UHGV virus genome: UHGV-0311442
Length of the DNA stretch: 64,000 nucleotides
Strand: one strand, 5' to 3'
Source of the DNA: a virus
Below, piece after piece: positions 10,301-18,810 of this stretch (positions are counted from its first letter, which is position 1; each line of letters begins with the position of its first letter). The translations under genes were made by a program, and so were the position numbers. The notes below the pieces were generated by a model. It did not search any database. It saw nothing but the letters and a program-made list of their open reading frames with translations, and was not told the DNA's origin.

Positions 10301-11514
10301 TGCAGTCAAATACTGAAGCCATCAAGTCATTGATTATTGACGCGGCAAACATGGTGGGTGTTCCACCATCTGTTGCGATTGCAATGGCACAAGCAGAATC
10401 TGGCTTACAGTATGGCAACTATCCTGGCGCATCCTCTGGTAGACCGAGAAGTAATAAGATGTCTGCCGCTGGCCTGTTCCAATTTACCAATGGCACTTGG
10501 AATGGGGTTATGAAGCAGTACGCCCGAAGATACGGTATTCCACAAACCGACCAGTTCGACCCGTGGGCTAACGCAATCTTAGGTGTTAACTTCATTAGAG
10601 ACAACATCAAGACCGCACAAAAGGATCTGGGTGGAATTGCCCCACCTCCGGCAGTAGCGTACCTATACCACTTCTTAGGCCCAGGTGGTGGTGCTGAGTT
10701 CCTTAAAGCCTGGAAAACCAATCCTAACGGGTCGCCCGACAAAGTGAAGTACATCACACCTGCCGTTCTTAACGGTAATGAAGGTGTTTTCTATATCATG
10801 AACGGGAAGAAACGCGTTAGGATGCGTACGATCGGTGAGGTTGTCGAGGAACTGAACCGCCGTATGGGTGCGGTTGGAACCAACGAGATTGCAGCAAATC
10901 CTGCGTCTGCGAAAAACATGACGAAAGGGTTATCACCAGTTCCATCGTCTCCTGCAATTGCTGCTGGCGCAGCTAACGATCCGTCTATTGCTGGTCCGGC
11001 AGATAACCTGCCAGCCGCGAACGAGGCGAATCGTGACTCCGCTTTAGCAGACAAAGGTGCGATGGGCGCTGAAGATATTAAAGCTGCAACGGGTGGTGGT
11101 CCGGCTGTGCCGAGTCCTGGCGGTGACGTCACGCCAAGTGATGCGTCTGTCGTTGTTGAAACGGTGGGTCAAAATGCGCGTGCTGACGGTCTGGGCGAAG
11201 AGGAAGTTGCCAAAGTAAAAGAAGGTGCTAGACAGCAAATGGAGAAATCCGCACGTCCTGCACCAACGGTAACGTCTGATGCACAGACTACACCAACAGT
11301 GAACAGTGGTGATCCGATCAGCGTACAGCAGCTGGCGGTTGCAAAAGAGTCTGCGGGCTATCTGAGAGAGATTGTAACAATTCTTCGTCAGAGACCACAG
11401 GCTATGCAGCCATCCCCAGCGACCTCGGCAGCTTCTGCTCCGGGTTCAGCATCACGTAACATCGCGGTTGAACAACCTGCCCGCCAACTCGACGTTGGTC
11501 GTAAACGGGCGTAA
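4348..11514 (+). CDS. Giant virion/ejection protein with transmembrane segments and lytic transglycosylase (SLT) domain
   Basis: 2388 aa, ATG at 4348. Acidic N-terminus (DDFDEIDLDNMDDWDDFDE), poly-basic GRKRRRKRKR, hydrophobic segment cluster (about nt 8420-8710), SLT motif AMAQAESGLQYGN...AAGLFQF...YLYHF (about nt 10300-10790), Ala/Pro-rich tail. Confidence 0.85.
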   Translation: MAKKGKDDFDEIDLDNMDDWDDFDEPPRQQDQSRNPVMDTFRAARKSALSTIWPENKRDQVILKGMPKPAAEAYEGYQNVKAAGQDILAHTKDEIEKTSRVVKMQARQLGPTLKRYLPESVTRKIDKWARNDQIDYGNYDPKQAMMDRELDSVFSGAPQTADQQREAQEGMVEDRLRDTIKDMKSDALFQTVIGIAKDVNLTTSLSRGVLLNVQRKQLELQYRTLFALQDIAKLKQDEFARNTPALEAIVKNTALPDYAKEEFSEIRWANVKRKAAEWMNPLHYADNFIGQIRENAKKKISNIFSDGRGILEQVLGMAQEDDFDMSDSSSLSPDRRNTNSRNKAAGFAGGWLAKRLLQPQIERLQNWTRGELEKNPEVMKRLQLAKYGFGNLSSISNSAIAGETSGPLADLFRLMHDLGLVNPLRRETLALDDRSAESLSAAAKFDRKAYLSITEVIPTLLSEINKSIRRGYGEHHDQVYDLTTRGMVDRKVIGNRVRKAVANDDQRKRLQTYINDTVDFIDKDKTLDRKTRQALADYIESRASEGKAFDVGSLLKDPMHMYRYMNANAVEAIQGVLEARSAELVGGHHELSNAISNKIAAIQSTIRARQDTVDAASVIYGENALRDSGIFKYDAKKDIFEVDKDINDPYTLFNDLSMGKTRSGRSLTREQEIQRKLQNGSALGDYLRRMGAGAEPSFEDKELSNVRGGGKGGRGRGLSARQLAAVLYGEKSTNFVELLSSRPDTNAGLEQQFDRLIDAVRKQPESSIVQDILKHVKNMDEEGILLASLGGSRDDGDEPESSGESGRKRRRKRKRIVLGETGLLRRWAGVLWDTGSGVGRFGKNLFLRGKDRLQALGGFIRGKFSGGSSEGPGVFSRLKGLVTGTLSTGWNSAVAFGKGVLGVRDIYDERGNVVLQGSRLEAGEYYQADPKTEKLIQLKTLDDIKLGRDIVDEAGNLILAAADLAAAGKLRFYKGGKVQALFQYISGKAGTAVNKAVTLPKKLLGFISPKAASLFEKAREWLNEVPEGAEKTRLQSMISRVTGMPARLWNNAKRGFEKLKELASDNPLTRWWQNRKEGGSGGGFSVFSWSNGRKTNHILIRIYKLLNRRLPGEPEDDTWTEQMERNTGASSVKGLFQRAKDIREGFREHFQGFRDWRGRMRDRMSRYRSAVGGRLSRWGGAARDWFDRFRGRASDMVDTFRDPRYDIGTRYRMESRLAGRDDDVAEFYRQHIYARGKVSKTRIIDAAKEDLDTVTDSAGRVINKGKQKARSVGSVLLERLNRMVNLQEMSWFNTMRDSAEKAGASDGLLRTMFSKFGQRNKPPASDEKRDYFQFFRRRRRSKEEEKAKKEAEKKGGKRGVMDFLKGLPLVGPIVSILGTVGSILGKVAKWGIFKPVGFAGKALWNVGKFAVTRLAVPAVSAVATAASAVVTAVGWPIIGLVAAGAALSWFAYKTATRVNAQYLDNMRLAQYGFRDHDEWSSDDGAKARYLEDNLKPYISYTENGQAQLRGLSGDDVKKLAEGFGTNVEDKGEMLAFTAFMLQRFVPIYLRWITALKSMDNDIALADVGNPAKVSKADMLTIFNKMKMTKDAPAFKSLTDPRKVNQGWFSKAWDFVTFTPAEFLSGEEVVEAQDRVFRSINMRRDDKRKETTGAGAVPEGHKVASVAESSQVLAKNDTERNETVAKAEGWEDGTEQVQIQVDWRALPEKKDLDAMESVRWKSYGVKSVNETTRTLFRLLEKEVLKDTDIKNCIYKGDWKKAISAIAPDAIGGPKEERYKNWFYNRFLPVFMTYVYGVKRYVPHADPLDLKLTGGFLYELALMMRGAYNMKGGIRQSVWEIAFNPLGGDANTDAGSVREELATLKELSKEPDLAVRNMLKETPSTPKRMTWKSPATNSSVHQTNEDNKERYKGINSYGEASNDGYLPKGGQSYGTPGDLSQVVGDMGIGNYAKYSTGQSGITLGELQDGDYKSLVTKYPREMLGKPMQSNTEAIKSLIIDAANMVGVPPSVAIAMAQAESGLQYGNYPGASSGRPRSNKMSAAGLFQFTNGTWNGVMKQYARRYGIPQTDQFDPWANAILGVNFIRDNIKTAQKDLGGIAPPPAVAYLYHFLGPGGGAEFLKAWKTNPNGSPDKVKYITPAVLNGNEGVFYIMNGKKRVRMRTIGEVVEELNRRMGAVGTNEIAANPASAKNMTKGLSPVPSSPAIAAGAANDPSIAGPADNLPAANEANRDSALADKGAMGAEDIKAATGGGPAVPSPGGDVTPSDASVVVETVGQNARADGLGEEEVAKVKEGARQQMEKSARPAPTVTSDAQTTPTVNSGDPISVQQLAVAKESAGYLREIVTILRQRPQAMQPSPATSAASAPGSASRNIAVEQPARQLDVGRKRA

Positions 11515-11521
11515 CAGTAAT

Positions 11522-11551
11522 CGGGGGTAGTTACCTACCCCCTACTTTTTT
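11522..11551 (+). terminator. Rho-independent terminator-like hairpin after the giant gene
   Basis: Stem GGGGGTAG/CTACCCCC, loop TTAC, followed by TACTTTTTT. Confidence 0.5.
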
Positions 11552-11562
11552 AGAGGTATAAA

Positions 11563-13734
11563 GTGGACGCTAGAACAGCTAACGACTCAAGCTGGGTCAA
11601 AAGCCTCTTTAACGGCGTGTTGGATGGCCGAGATGAACGTTTCCTGGCCTTGCGACGCTACTCCAACGGTATGTTATCGTTCGAGGACACCACGTTAGGT
11701 GGCAGTAAAGCGATTAACACACCGCCCCAATTTACATGGTTTGCAGATCCGCCATCGACTGGCGCATTTGCACAACCCGACAACCCGAGAGCCGAAACCA
11801 AAACATTCTCTAATAACCGAGAAACAGGTTCGTATAAACTCGGTACTTATTTCTACGAAAGTATTAATCAGAATTCGTTTTATGTTCACTGTCGGTTCGG
11901 TAAACCGAAATATCTGGGTATGGCCGCATTCTTTGCGAACATGTACGACTCCAACCTAGCGTACTTGGCCCGCACTGGTGACTATCCAGGTATGATGAGA
12001 ACGATGGTTTCGTATTTAGGTGCAGCCGCAATATGGGCCACTGTAGGCACCGTTGCTTTTGCAGTTATTCTCATCACGCCACGAATTCTAAAAGCGGTGT
12101 TGAACAAACAAACATCGCGTTACTATTACGTCAAGCCAACGATGCATTTGTATTTACGTGCCGTGCAAAACATTCTAAACACGCAACTCATTTATCGTCG
12201 TTTGGTTCCCACAGGCGTGCTCGGTAATTTCAAACTACAAGAAAATACCGATGATGGTACAAATTCATACAGCAATGATAAACAAGACTGGTATGCTTCG
12301 TTACCTACTATCTGGAAAGATAACGGGGAGTTTGACGTCTACCGAATGATAAACCGCTATCAAACATTAGCGAATTATCAGACCAAAGCCATAGAGCAAA
12401 TGCGCGTTGAAAGCGGTGGGGACGAAGAAGCATTTGCAAGAAAACTACGTGCGTTTTATAACGAAGGGATGTACTCCAAACGCGTTATTAATGATGCGGG
12501 TAGTTTCGAAGTTTCATTGCATGACTTAGAAACGGTTGCTCAAAAAGACAACGCTTATAAAGCGCCTTTTGAAAATATTAACGATCAAGAGTCTAAGTTG
12601 GTTGAAGGGATCACTGGCACACTGACCGCTGGCGGTACCGCAGATGAAATCGATGCGAACACAAAGAAACTTCGAGAATCGATGGCAGCAAACATGGCTG
12701 CTGCGGAAAAGGCTGAAAACGAAATCGGTGGTGAGGATGTCCCTGATATAGCTAAGATACAAGAATGGGCAGATGCGGGTTCTAAAGAAAACGTAGGGAC
12801 CTTCTTTAAAGATTTCGTCGAAATGGGTAAAAACTATATCGATGGTATTAAGGAAAATGCGCTTTCTGAAATCCGTAACGGCTCACAATGGGTGTCGTGG
12901 CGTATCGACGCTAAAGACACGGTTTCTCGTTCGTTCTCCAACTCTACAAAAGAGCCAGAGATTTCAGGCACCGTTAACTCGTTAACCGCGAAAGCACGTT
13001 CGTTAGAGGTCAACCTTTCCGGCGGTCAAACGGGTTTCAGCGCCGTAGATGCTTTAGTTTCCGGGATTAAGTCCGCGATGCGTGGCGTTGCCGACACCTT
13101 ACATTTGACAGGGATCATGTCGTTGTACAACTCTTCGGTAATTGACTTTCCGGAGGTGTGGGATAGTTCGGATGCATCGGGAGATGACATTACGTTAACG
13201 ATACCGTTACGTTGTTGGTCTGGCAACGACTTGGATATCTTCCAAGACTTGCTCGTTCCACTGTCATTCTGGATCGCTGCGGTTTGTCCGCTGGCTACAG
13301 GTAAACAATCTTTTACTCACCCGTTCTATTTAGAGTGTTACTCACAAGGACGCTTTTCTTTCCGTAATGCGATGGTGACGTCAATGTCACTGCAATTCGG
13401 TGTGGGTGGTTTAGGTTGGCGGCCAGGTGATTCCGTTCCGCTGTCTTGCGACATCTCTGTTACTATTCGTGACTTGACTCGCGTTATGTACATGCCCATT
13501 GTTACCGACACAGGTGTGTGGGATGATGATAACAAATTCAGTGAATTTATGGCGTGTTTAGGTGGTGCTACGTTGTACGAGCGTACTAACGGTATTGCAC
13601 GTGCCAAGATTAATGCGAGCATCTGGGCACAAAACTGGGCATCTGCGTGGTCACAGGGTAGTTTTATTAACTCGGCACTGGATGTTATCCCAGCACGCCA
13701 GATCGCGAACATCTTCTTGCCGCAAGCACGTTAA
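11563..13734 (+). CDS. Hypothetical protein, probable virion component (723 aa)
   Basis: Long ORF with GTG start and AGAGG upstream, directly after the giant virion gene; one hydrophobic segment (AAAIWATVGTVAFAVILI). Product unknown. Confidence 0.6.
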   Translation: MDARTANDSSWVKSLFNGVLDGRDERFLALRRYSNGMLSFEDTTLGGSKAINTPPQFTWFADPPSTGAFAQPDNPRAETKTFSNNRETGSYKLGTYFYESINQNSFYVHCRFGKPKYLGMAAFFANMYDSNLAYLARTGDYPGMMRTMVSYLGAAAIWATVGTVAFAVILITPRILKAVLNKQTSRYYYVKPTMHLYLRAVQNILNTQLIYRRLVPTGVLGNFKLQENTDDGTNSYSNDKQDWYASLPTIWKDNGEFDVYRMINRYQTLANYQTKAIEQMRVESGGDEEAFARKLRAFYNEGMYSKRVINDAGSFEVSLHDLETVAQKDNAYKAPFENINDQESKLVEGITGTLTAGGTADEIDANTKKLRESMAANMAAAEKAENEIGGEDVPDIAKIQEWADAGSKENVGTFFKDFVEMGKNYIDGIKENALSEIRNGSQWVSWRIDAKDTVSRSFSNSTKEPEISGTVNSLTAKARSLEVNLSGGQTGFSAVDALVSGIKSAMRGVADTLHLTGIMSLYNSSVIDFPEVWDSSDASGDDITLTIPLRCWSGNDLDIFQDLLVPLSFWIAAVCPLATGKQSFTHPFYLECYSQGRFSFRNAMVTSMSLQFGVGGLGWRPGDSVPLSCDISVTIRDLTRVMYMPIVTDTGVWDDDNKFSEFMACLGGATLYERTNGIARAKINASIWAQNWASAWSQGSFINSALDVIPARQIANIFLPQAR

Positions 13735-13750
13735 TGTTTGAGAGGAAATA

Positions 13751-14314
13751 ATGGCTAATACGCTATTAGGTAAATCAGGAAAACAACTGGTTTATGAGTT
13801 ATTAGTAAAAAAGAATCCTGGTTTGGTAGAGAAAGGTATTACAATCGATAAGTTGAATTTTGGCACACCGTCACATATTCCTGCGGTAGAAACACCAGAA
13901 ACTCAATTTACGCGATTAAATACCCAACTTAGCGTCCAGGGAATTATTGAACAGAAAACGTTTGGTAAAATTGACGTTATTTATCGTCGGTTGGATTTAG
14001 AGCACCTCTTAGGTGACTTTGTAGTTTCTGTTGCGGGTATTAATGCGGCTACGGTATCTGAGGTACTACAGCTTTTTCGCACTAAGTACAATTTGCAGAT
14101 TACCGACGATGAAGTTGAGAACCCAACAGCTGCACCAGACAGCAAAGATAAAACCATCATTATCATGAATGGGAGATCTTTGGCGTGGACAGGTCGGCTG
14201 GAGGTGTACTTAACAGAGCTGCCGTCCGACGGTAAGGATATTTCGAAGTTGATTAAAGTCACCGAACTTGACGGCTTGACGTATATCTCTTCTGGAATTG
14301 TTCCAGGCGCTTAA
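13751..14314 (+). CDS. Hypothetical protein (187 aa)
   Basis: ATG with GAGAGG upstream; followed by a bidirectional terminator. Confidence 0.55.
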   Translation: MANTLLGKSGKQLVYELLVKKNPGLVEKGITIDKLNFGTPSHIPAVETPETQFTRLNTQLSVQGIIEQKTFGKIDVIYRRLDLEHLLGDFVVSVAGINAATVSEVLQLFRTKYNLQITDDEVENPTAAPDSKDKTIIIMNGRSLAWTGRLEVYLTELPSDGKDISKLIKVTELDGLTYISSGIVPGA

Positions 14315-14337
14315 AAAAAGAAAAAAAAATAAGAAAG

Positions 14338-14378
14338 TTAACCTACCTCCGAAAGGAGGTAGGTGCTTTTATTTATTT
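14338..14378. terminator. Bidirectional rho-independent terminator between convergent genes
   Basis: Stem ACCTACCTCC/GGAGGTAGGT, loop GAAA, A-run upstream and T-rich run downstream. Confidence 0.7.
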
Positions 14379-15203
14379 CGCCAAGTCTGCTTCTTTTACA
14401 AAGATGCCGTCGGCGTTCAGGTAACCTTTACGGTCTTTGATTTCGTGCCACGCCAAAGAGAAACAATGGCGAATGTTAAGACGGTAGTAAAGAGCCAGTT
14501 TTGCAAGACGGTGCAAAGCCCAACTTAACGTAACGGTGTCCAGTTCAGTACATAAGAACGCAGTAGCGAAGATTTCAGTAGCCTCTAAATACAACTGGTG
14601 TGGATATTTGGTATCGTTTAAACGTTCTTCAACGTCAGCGACATCGTCTACCTGCAACTGTAAACCGTGATCGATGACTTCACCGGTTGACATTCCGCAA
14701 GTCTCTCTGTCTTTATCCAGTTCCAGGATGTTTACCAGAACCACCAATGCATCCCCGATACCGTCCATGATCAGTTCAGGTTTGTTTTTACTGATACCTG
14801 TTGCGATTTCACCAAACTCTTCAAAGAACTTCGTGATTTGTGTTTCCACTTTACCGTTGTCGAGGATACCACGTTCCTTAGACCAACCTTTAACACGCTC
14901 TACACAGTTCTCGATAGAATAGACCGGAACCGCTACGGTGTGCATTACCGTACCGTTAAATTCGGCACCTGTAAGTTTAAGCGGCGCTTCAATCGTTTCA
15001 ATATCCAGTTCCTGATTGCCGGTGTGGCGTTTACCTTCTACACGAACACGGTTAGTACCAGGATTTACTCCGATGGTGTAGATAGCATCAAACTGAATCG
15101 CTTTCTCGTCCATAGCGCGTAGTTGTGTGTTAACTTCTTCCAGGAAGTTACCTGGGTTAAGAACGATGTTGTAGATAGCGTTGATGTTAAAACGTTCGCC
15201 CAT
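14373..15203 (-). CDS. MazG-like nucleoside triphosphate pyrophosphohydrolase domain protein with unknown N-terminal domain
   Basis: 276 aa; FFEEFGEIA...ELIMDGIGDALVVLVNILEL matches the MazG EExxE / D-x4-L pattern; ATG with GGAG upstream. Confidence 0.45.
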   Translation of the reverse strand: MGERFNINAIYNIVLNPGNFLEEVNTQLRAMDEKAIQFDAIYTIGVNPGTNRVRVEGKRHTGNQELDIETIEAPLKLTGAEFNGTVMHTVAVPVYSIENCVERVKGWSKERGILDNGKVETQITKFFEEFGEIATGISKNKPELIMDGIGDALVVLVNILELDKDRETCGMSTGEVIDHGLQLQVDDVADVEERLNDTKYPHQLYLEATEIFATAFLCTELDTVTLSWALHRLAKLALYYRLNIRHCFSLAWHEIKDRKGYLNADGIFVKEADLAK

Positions 15204-15214
15204 TTTAAATCTCC

Positions 15215-15262
15215 TAACAAAAAAATAATAAAGTAAAAAAGGGTGCTTGCATAAGCACCCCA
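15215..15262 (-). terminator. Rho-independent terminator (minus strand)
   Basis: Stem GGGTGCTT/AAGCACCC, loop GCAT, at 15241-15260; A-run on the plus strand just upstream gives a T-run on the minus-strand transcript. Confidence 0.6.
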
Positions 15263-15269
15263 GGAACTG

Positions 15270-15632
15270 TTAAATTTTGCAAGCCCCGCCTGAGCAGTTA
15301 TCGTCTTCCGTGGTCGGGTCGGCTCCCTTCTCTACGGTTGCTTCCGGGTCTAAGCCAGGGATTGCAAATTCGTCAGTTTCTTTAACGGTTTCTACTTTAA
15401 CTTCTTCGGTCATTTTAGTTCCCAATTTTCTTACAAAGGAGTTAGCAATTTCGATTTTAAGATTGGCAAAAGGTGATAGTAGCATTGCCAACCGTGGTAG
15501 ACTTGGCGGTGCCTCTTTATATTGTACAACGCGCACCTTCGACCTACCAGGACCCTTACGTACACGGTTGTAGCCAATAAAATATACAGTACCTGTAAAG
15601 TATCTCAGGCTGTGAAAGCGTGGTTTCTTCAT
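15270..15632 (-). CDS. Hypothetical protein (120 aa)
   Basis: ATG with AAGGAAG upstream. Confidence 0.5.
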   Translation of the reverse strand: MKKPRFHSLRYFTGTVYFIGYNRVRKGPGRSKVRVVQYKEAPPSLPRLAMLLSPFANLKIEIANSFVRKLGTKMTEEVKVETVKETDEFAIPGLDPEATVEKGADPTTEDDNCSGGACKI

Positions 15633-15821
15633 CGCACTTCCTTTTCGAACGGGTTAGTTTCAAGGAACTTGGAATAATCAAGTTGGATTACTTGGAAACG
15701 TTTACGCCCTTTGTTCGGCCCTTTACAATAACGTGTGTTAAAAGTACGGAACTTCTTCGGCTCGAAATACGCTATTGTGAAATTAAGAACATCGTCCAAC
15801 ATAAATTTTCCTTATCGTTAA

Positions 15822-16268
15822 CTAACCCATTAAATGTATTACAACGTCTTTAGTTACTGAGTTTGCTAGTAAGCGGAAAAACTTCATGTAACGGAACATG
15901 CTAAAGAAAACCCCAGCGTCGTCTACAATGACAAGACTGTATTTTTCTTTTTCTGTACCCATCTGATAACCAATGATTTGCGTGATATTCTCAGGCAAGT
16001 CTTCGAGACCCAAACGGAATAGCACATCGTCCTCTAAGAACCCTTTTGGGTTAACGAATAACACTTTCCCTTTATGGTTCTTAGCTAACTCGACACCGAA
16101 GTCTGTAAGTCCTGTCTGCCTGCCTGTACCGTAGCGGATAGTACGAAATTCAGATAAGGCATTGGGACCATAACGATCGGTAAACGGATTATCTTTAGAA
16201 TCCAGATCGGTTAAACCTTTTGATAATTCTTCTACTACGATGTTATAGTTAACATGAGTTTTAGACAT
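15822..16268 (-). CDS. Hypothetical protein (148 aa)
   Basis: ORF with ATG start in the minus-strand gene block; no motif recognised. Confidence 0.5.
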   Translation of the reverse strand: MSKTHVNYNIVVEELSKGLTDLDSKDNPFTDRYGPNALSEFRTIRYGTGRQTGLTDFGVELAKNHKGKVLFVNPKGFLEDDVLFRLGLEDLPENITQIIGYQMGTEKEKYSLVIVDDAGVFFSMFRYMKFFRLLANSVTKDVVIHLMG

Positions 16269-16297
16269 TTTATCGTTCCTTTTAGTTAAGTGGTAGT

Positions 16298-17332
16298 TTA
16301 CACCGCGACAGGCATGGCGATGTGCGGGTGTGATTGGTAACCGACTACTTCAAAGTCCTCGTATTTGTAGTCGAAGATAGATTCGGGTTTACGTTTAATA
16401 ACCAATTTAGGTAACGGGTACGGCTCACGAGTCAGCTGGAGTTTTATTTGATCGAGGTGGTTCAGATATAAATGCACATCGACTCCACTATAAACTAACT
16501 CATCGGGAACCATATTCAATTGTTGGGCAACCATATGAGTTAGCAGAGCGTATGACGCGATGTTGAACGGTTTTCCTAATGCGACATCGTTGCTCCGCAT
16601 CATGTAAAAACATGAAAGCTTACGGCGTGGAATACCTTCACGATCTAAAGTTTCATGAAGACGTTCTTCATCATCAATATCTTCGTGATTAATAAGTGGT
16701 GCGTTCGCAAATTTTTCCGGTTCATTTGCTTCGTACCAATCCAGTCGCTCAAGCAGTGTCATTTCCGTTGTGTAGAATTGGAAATAGTTGTGGCATGGGT
16801 TAAGTGCCATATCGTCCAGGTCACCTACATTCCAGGCACTAACAATAATACGTCGGGAGTCAGGGTCTTCACGAAGTTGCTGGATAACTTTGCTGATCTG
16901 GTCATGTGCTTTCTCATAGACCAAATACGTCGTACCATCTTCCTTCATATTCCCAATATACTTGTAACCCCGCTGCATTAGTTGTTGTGTACGTCTTACG
17001 TCATGACACTCCACAACTTTACAGTCACGCCATTCGCGCCACTGTTTACCATAAACTGGTCCTAAGTTCCCCTCTTCGTCACTCCATTCGTTCCAAATTT
17101 TTACCCCGTTCTCTTGCAGGTACTTCACGTTAGTGTCACCATTTAAGAACCACAGCAGTTCATGAATGATACTTTTCAGGTGAACCTTTTTCGTAGTAAC
17201 TAATGGGAAACCTTCTTTTAGGTCGAAACGTAGTTGGCGACCAAATACAGAAAGTGTCCCTACGCCTGTACGGTCTTTCTTGACAACACCGTTATCCAGA
17301 ATGTCTTGCATTAATGCTAAATACTGTTTCAT
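16298..17332 (-). CDS. thyA: Thymidylate synthase (ThyA type) with two in-frame insertions
   Basis: 344 aa aligning along its length with enterobacterial ThyA: [42 protein letters not shown], active-site [29 protein letters not shown]. About 80 extra residues in two insertions. Confidence 0.9.
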   Translation of the reverse strand: MKQYLALMQDILDNGVVKKDRTGVGTLSVFGRQLRFDLKEGFPLVTTKKVHLKSIIHELLWFLNGDTNVKYLQENGVKIWNEWSDEEGNLGPVYGKQWREWRDCKVVECHDVRRTQQLMQRGYKYIGNMKEDGTTYLVYEKAHDQISKVIQQLREDPDSRRIIVSAWNVGDLDDMALNPCHNYFQFYTTEMTLLERLDWYEANEPEKFANAPLINHEDIDDEERLHETLDREGIPRRKLSCFYMMRSNDVALGKPFNIASYALLTHMVAQQLNMVPDELVYSGVDVHLYLNHLDQIKLQLTREPYPLPKLVIKRKPESIFDYKYEDFEVVGYQSHPHIAMPVAV

Positions 17333-17640
17333 TAGATTTTGTCCTTTTCGAGTTCAGTTAAAATTTCAAACAGGTCTGCGTTGGATTGCAGTACGATTTC
17401 ACTGCCTTCTGCTACAACGGTAATTGAAGGCTTCTTACCACGTAGTAAGAACTCCCAACGCATTGTTCTTACGTGGCTGTCAAGTAACTGTTTTAATTTG
17501 TGGTTAACTTCAACTTCCAATTTGCCCAGTAACTGTGGTGTAATGCTTTCACCTGAGTTTTTGTTATAAAGTGTACGCACTAAAGAACGTAAAGAATAGC
17601 CAATGCACTGCGAAATTGCCCAACCCGAATAGTTTTCCAT
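17332..17640 (-). CDS. Hypothetical protein (102 aa)
   Basis: ORF with ATG start; its stop overlaps the thyA start. Confidence 0.45.
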   Translation of the reverse strand: MENYSGWAISQCIGYSLRSLVRTLYNKNSGESITPQLLGKLEVEVNHKLKQLLDSHVRTMRWEFLLRGKKPSITVVAEGSEIVLQSNADLFEILTELEKDKI

Positions 17641-17641
17641 G

Positions 17642-18187
17642 TTAATCCTTCAAAATGTCTTTAAGTTTTAGTTTTGTATAGAACGGAGAACTACTTAGTT
17701 CTTCTGTCCAACTTATACGTCCGTTCTGTAGAACCCGGTCGAAGATTAGGCCGTTCATCTTTACAATTCTGGCCAATTGATAAAAGAGCGTCGCGAGATG
17801 TAGACGCCGCTCCATTTGTGCGCGAGCGGTACAACTTCGTACCGCTTTGATAGCAAGTACCGCTTCTGGCATCAACGTAACCGCGATTGACTCAGGATGT
17901 TCGTTTTTCCATTTCTTAATGGCTAGTAGTCGGTGTAGCGATTTTTCAAGGGGACGTAAATCCCCGTTATTCATCACGTAAACTAGAGCAGCAATATCCC
18001 ACAAGGCGATACCCACCGCTTTAGCAACAAACAACCCGTCGTGTGTTGTCGTGGACTCACAGACTTTGCCAATACTTCCATAAACACGTGCAGTCCATGC
18101 GTCTGTCTGTTCGCCAGGTTTTATACCCGCGTTATCCAGAAAGTGTTTAAATGCATTAACGTGATCAGTTAACTGTATTTGTTTCAT
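17642..18187 (-). CDS. Hypothetical protein (181 aa)
   Basis: ORF with ATG start, tightly packed with neighbours. Confidence 0.5.
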   Translation of the reverse strand: MKQIQLTDHVNAFKHFLDNAGIKPGEQTDAWTARVYGSIGKVCESTTTHDGLFVAKAVGIALWDIAALVYVMNNGDLRPLEKSLHRLLAIKKWKNEHPESIAVTLMPEAVLAIKAVRSCTARAQMERRLHLATLFYQLARIVKMNGLIFDRVLQNGRISWTEELSSSPFYTKLKLKDILKD

Positions 18188-18201
18188 TTCCGATACCCGA
18201 T

Positions 18202-18750
18202 TTAGTCACGAGACTTTATTTTAAGGTACGCAACCGCAGCTCCCATGATTGCAATACCGGCACCCCAACCTATCTTTTCTACTACAGTCAAATCAGACCA
18301 TTTCTTCTCTTCCGTAGTAGACGAGTCAGTATTCGCTGAGAAGGCTTGTGCCCTCATGCGTTCCGTCTCAACATTGTTACGTTCGGCTTCGTCTTCTACC
18401 TGTTTCAACAACGCTTCGCGGTTTAGGTACTTGGCGTTTATCTCCGCAGCTCTGGCATTCATTTCCGCAGCCTTTTGACGTTTCCGTTCTTCAATTTTCC
18501 TAATCAGATCTTCTAAATAGAGCCTCGTTTCTTCCACAGCCTGCTCATAGACGTCTATGCGATCGGGAAGAACTCTCCTGTGGTTGGATTTGTTGCGAAC
18601 GGAGGCAATCATGTGGAGTTTCCGTTCGTATTTTGGTTCGAGAAGATAGGCTATGCTTTTGGTCTTCTCATGAAGTCCGCGACCAGTACCGCCGAGTTTT
18701 TCCACAAGTTCTTCTACAGAAATTGCAAGATCGAGAATATATCCACGCAT
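18202..18750 (-). CDS. HEPN-like protein with coiled-coil and C-terminal transmembrane anchor
   Basis: Start refined to ATG at 18748-18750 (GGAGA upstream; track start is a non-ATG codon at 18801). R-x4-H motif in ASVRNKSNHRR, charged coiled-coil region, C-terminal hydrophobic segment GWGAGIAIMGAAVAYL. Confidence 0.4.
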   Translation of the reverse strand: MRGYILDLAISVEELVEKLGGTGRGLHEKTKSIAYLLEPKYERKLHMIASVRNKSNHRRVLPDRIDVYEQAVEETRLYLEDLIRKIEERKRQKAAEMNARAAEINAKYLNREALLKQVEDEAERNNVETERMRAQAFSANTDSSTTEEKKWSDLTVVEKIGWGAGIAIMGAAVAYLKIKSRD

Positions 18751-18810
18751 AATTGTTTCTCCGCTTAAACGTAGTCTTGGGAGACATAAGTCTGTTCCCA
18801 ACTGTAAAAA

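Noticed and set aside
4761-11238. Numerous 60-180 aa ORFs inside or antisense to the giant virion gene (for example 6528-7064, 10791-11132)
   Set aside because: They overlap a 7.2-kb ORF with clear domain content, have no ribosome-binding sites and are low-complexity; they look like frame artefacts of the long gene.
16298-17332. Intron or intein in the thymidylate synthase gene
   Set aside because: The reading frame is continuous and the two extra segments are about 40-45 aa each, too short for an intein; no group I intron interruption is present.
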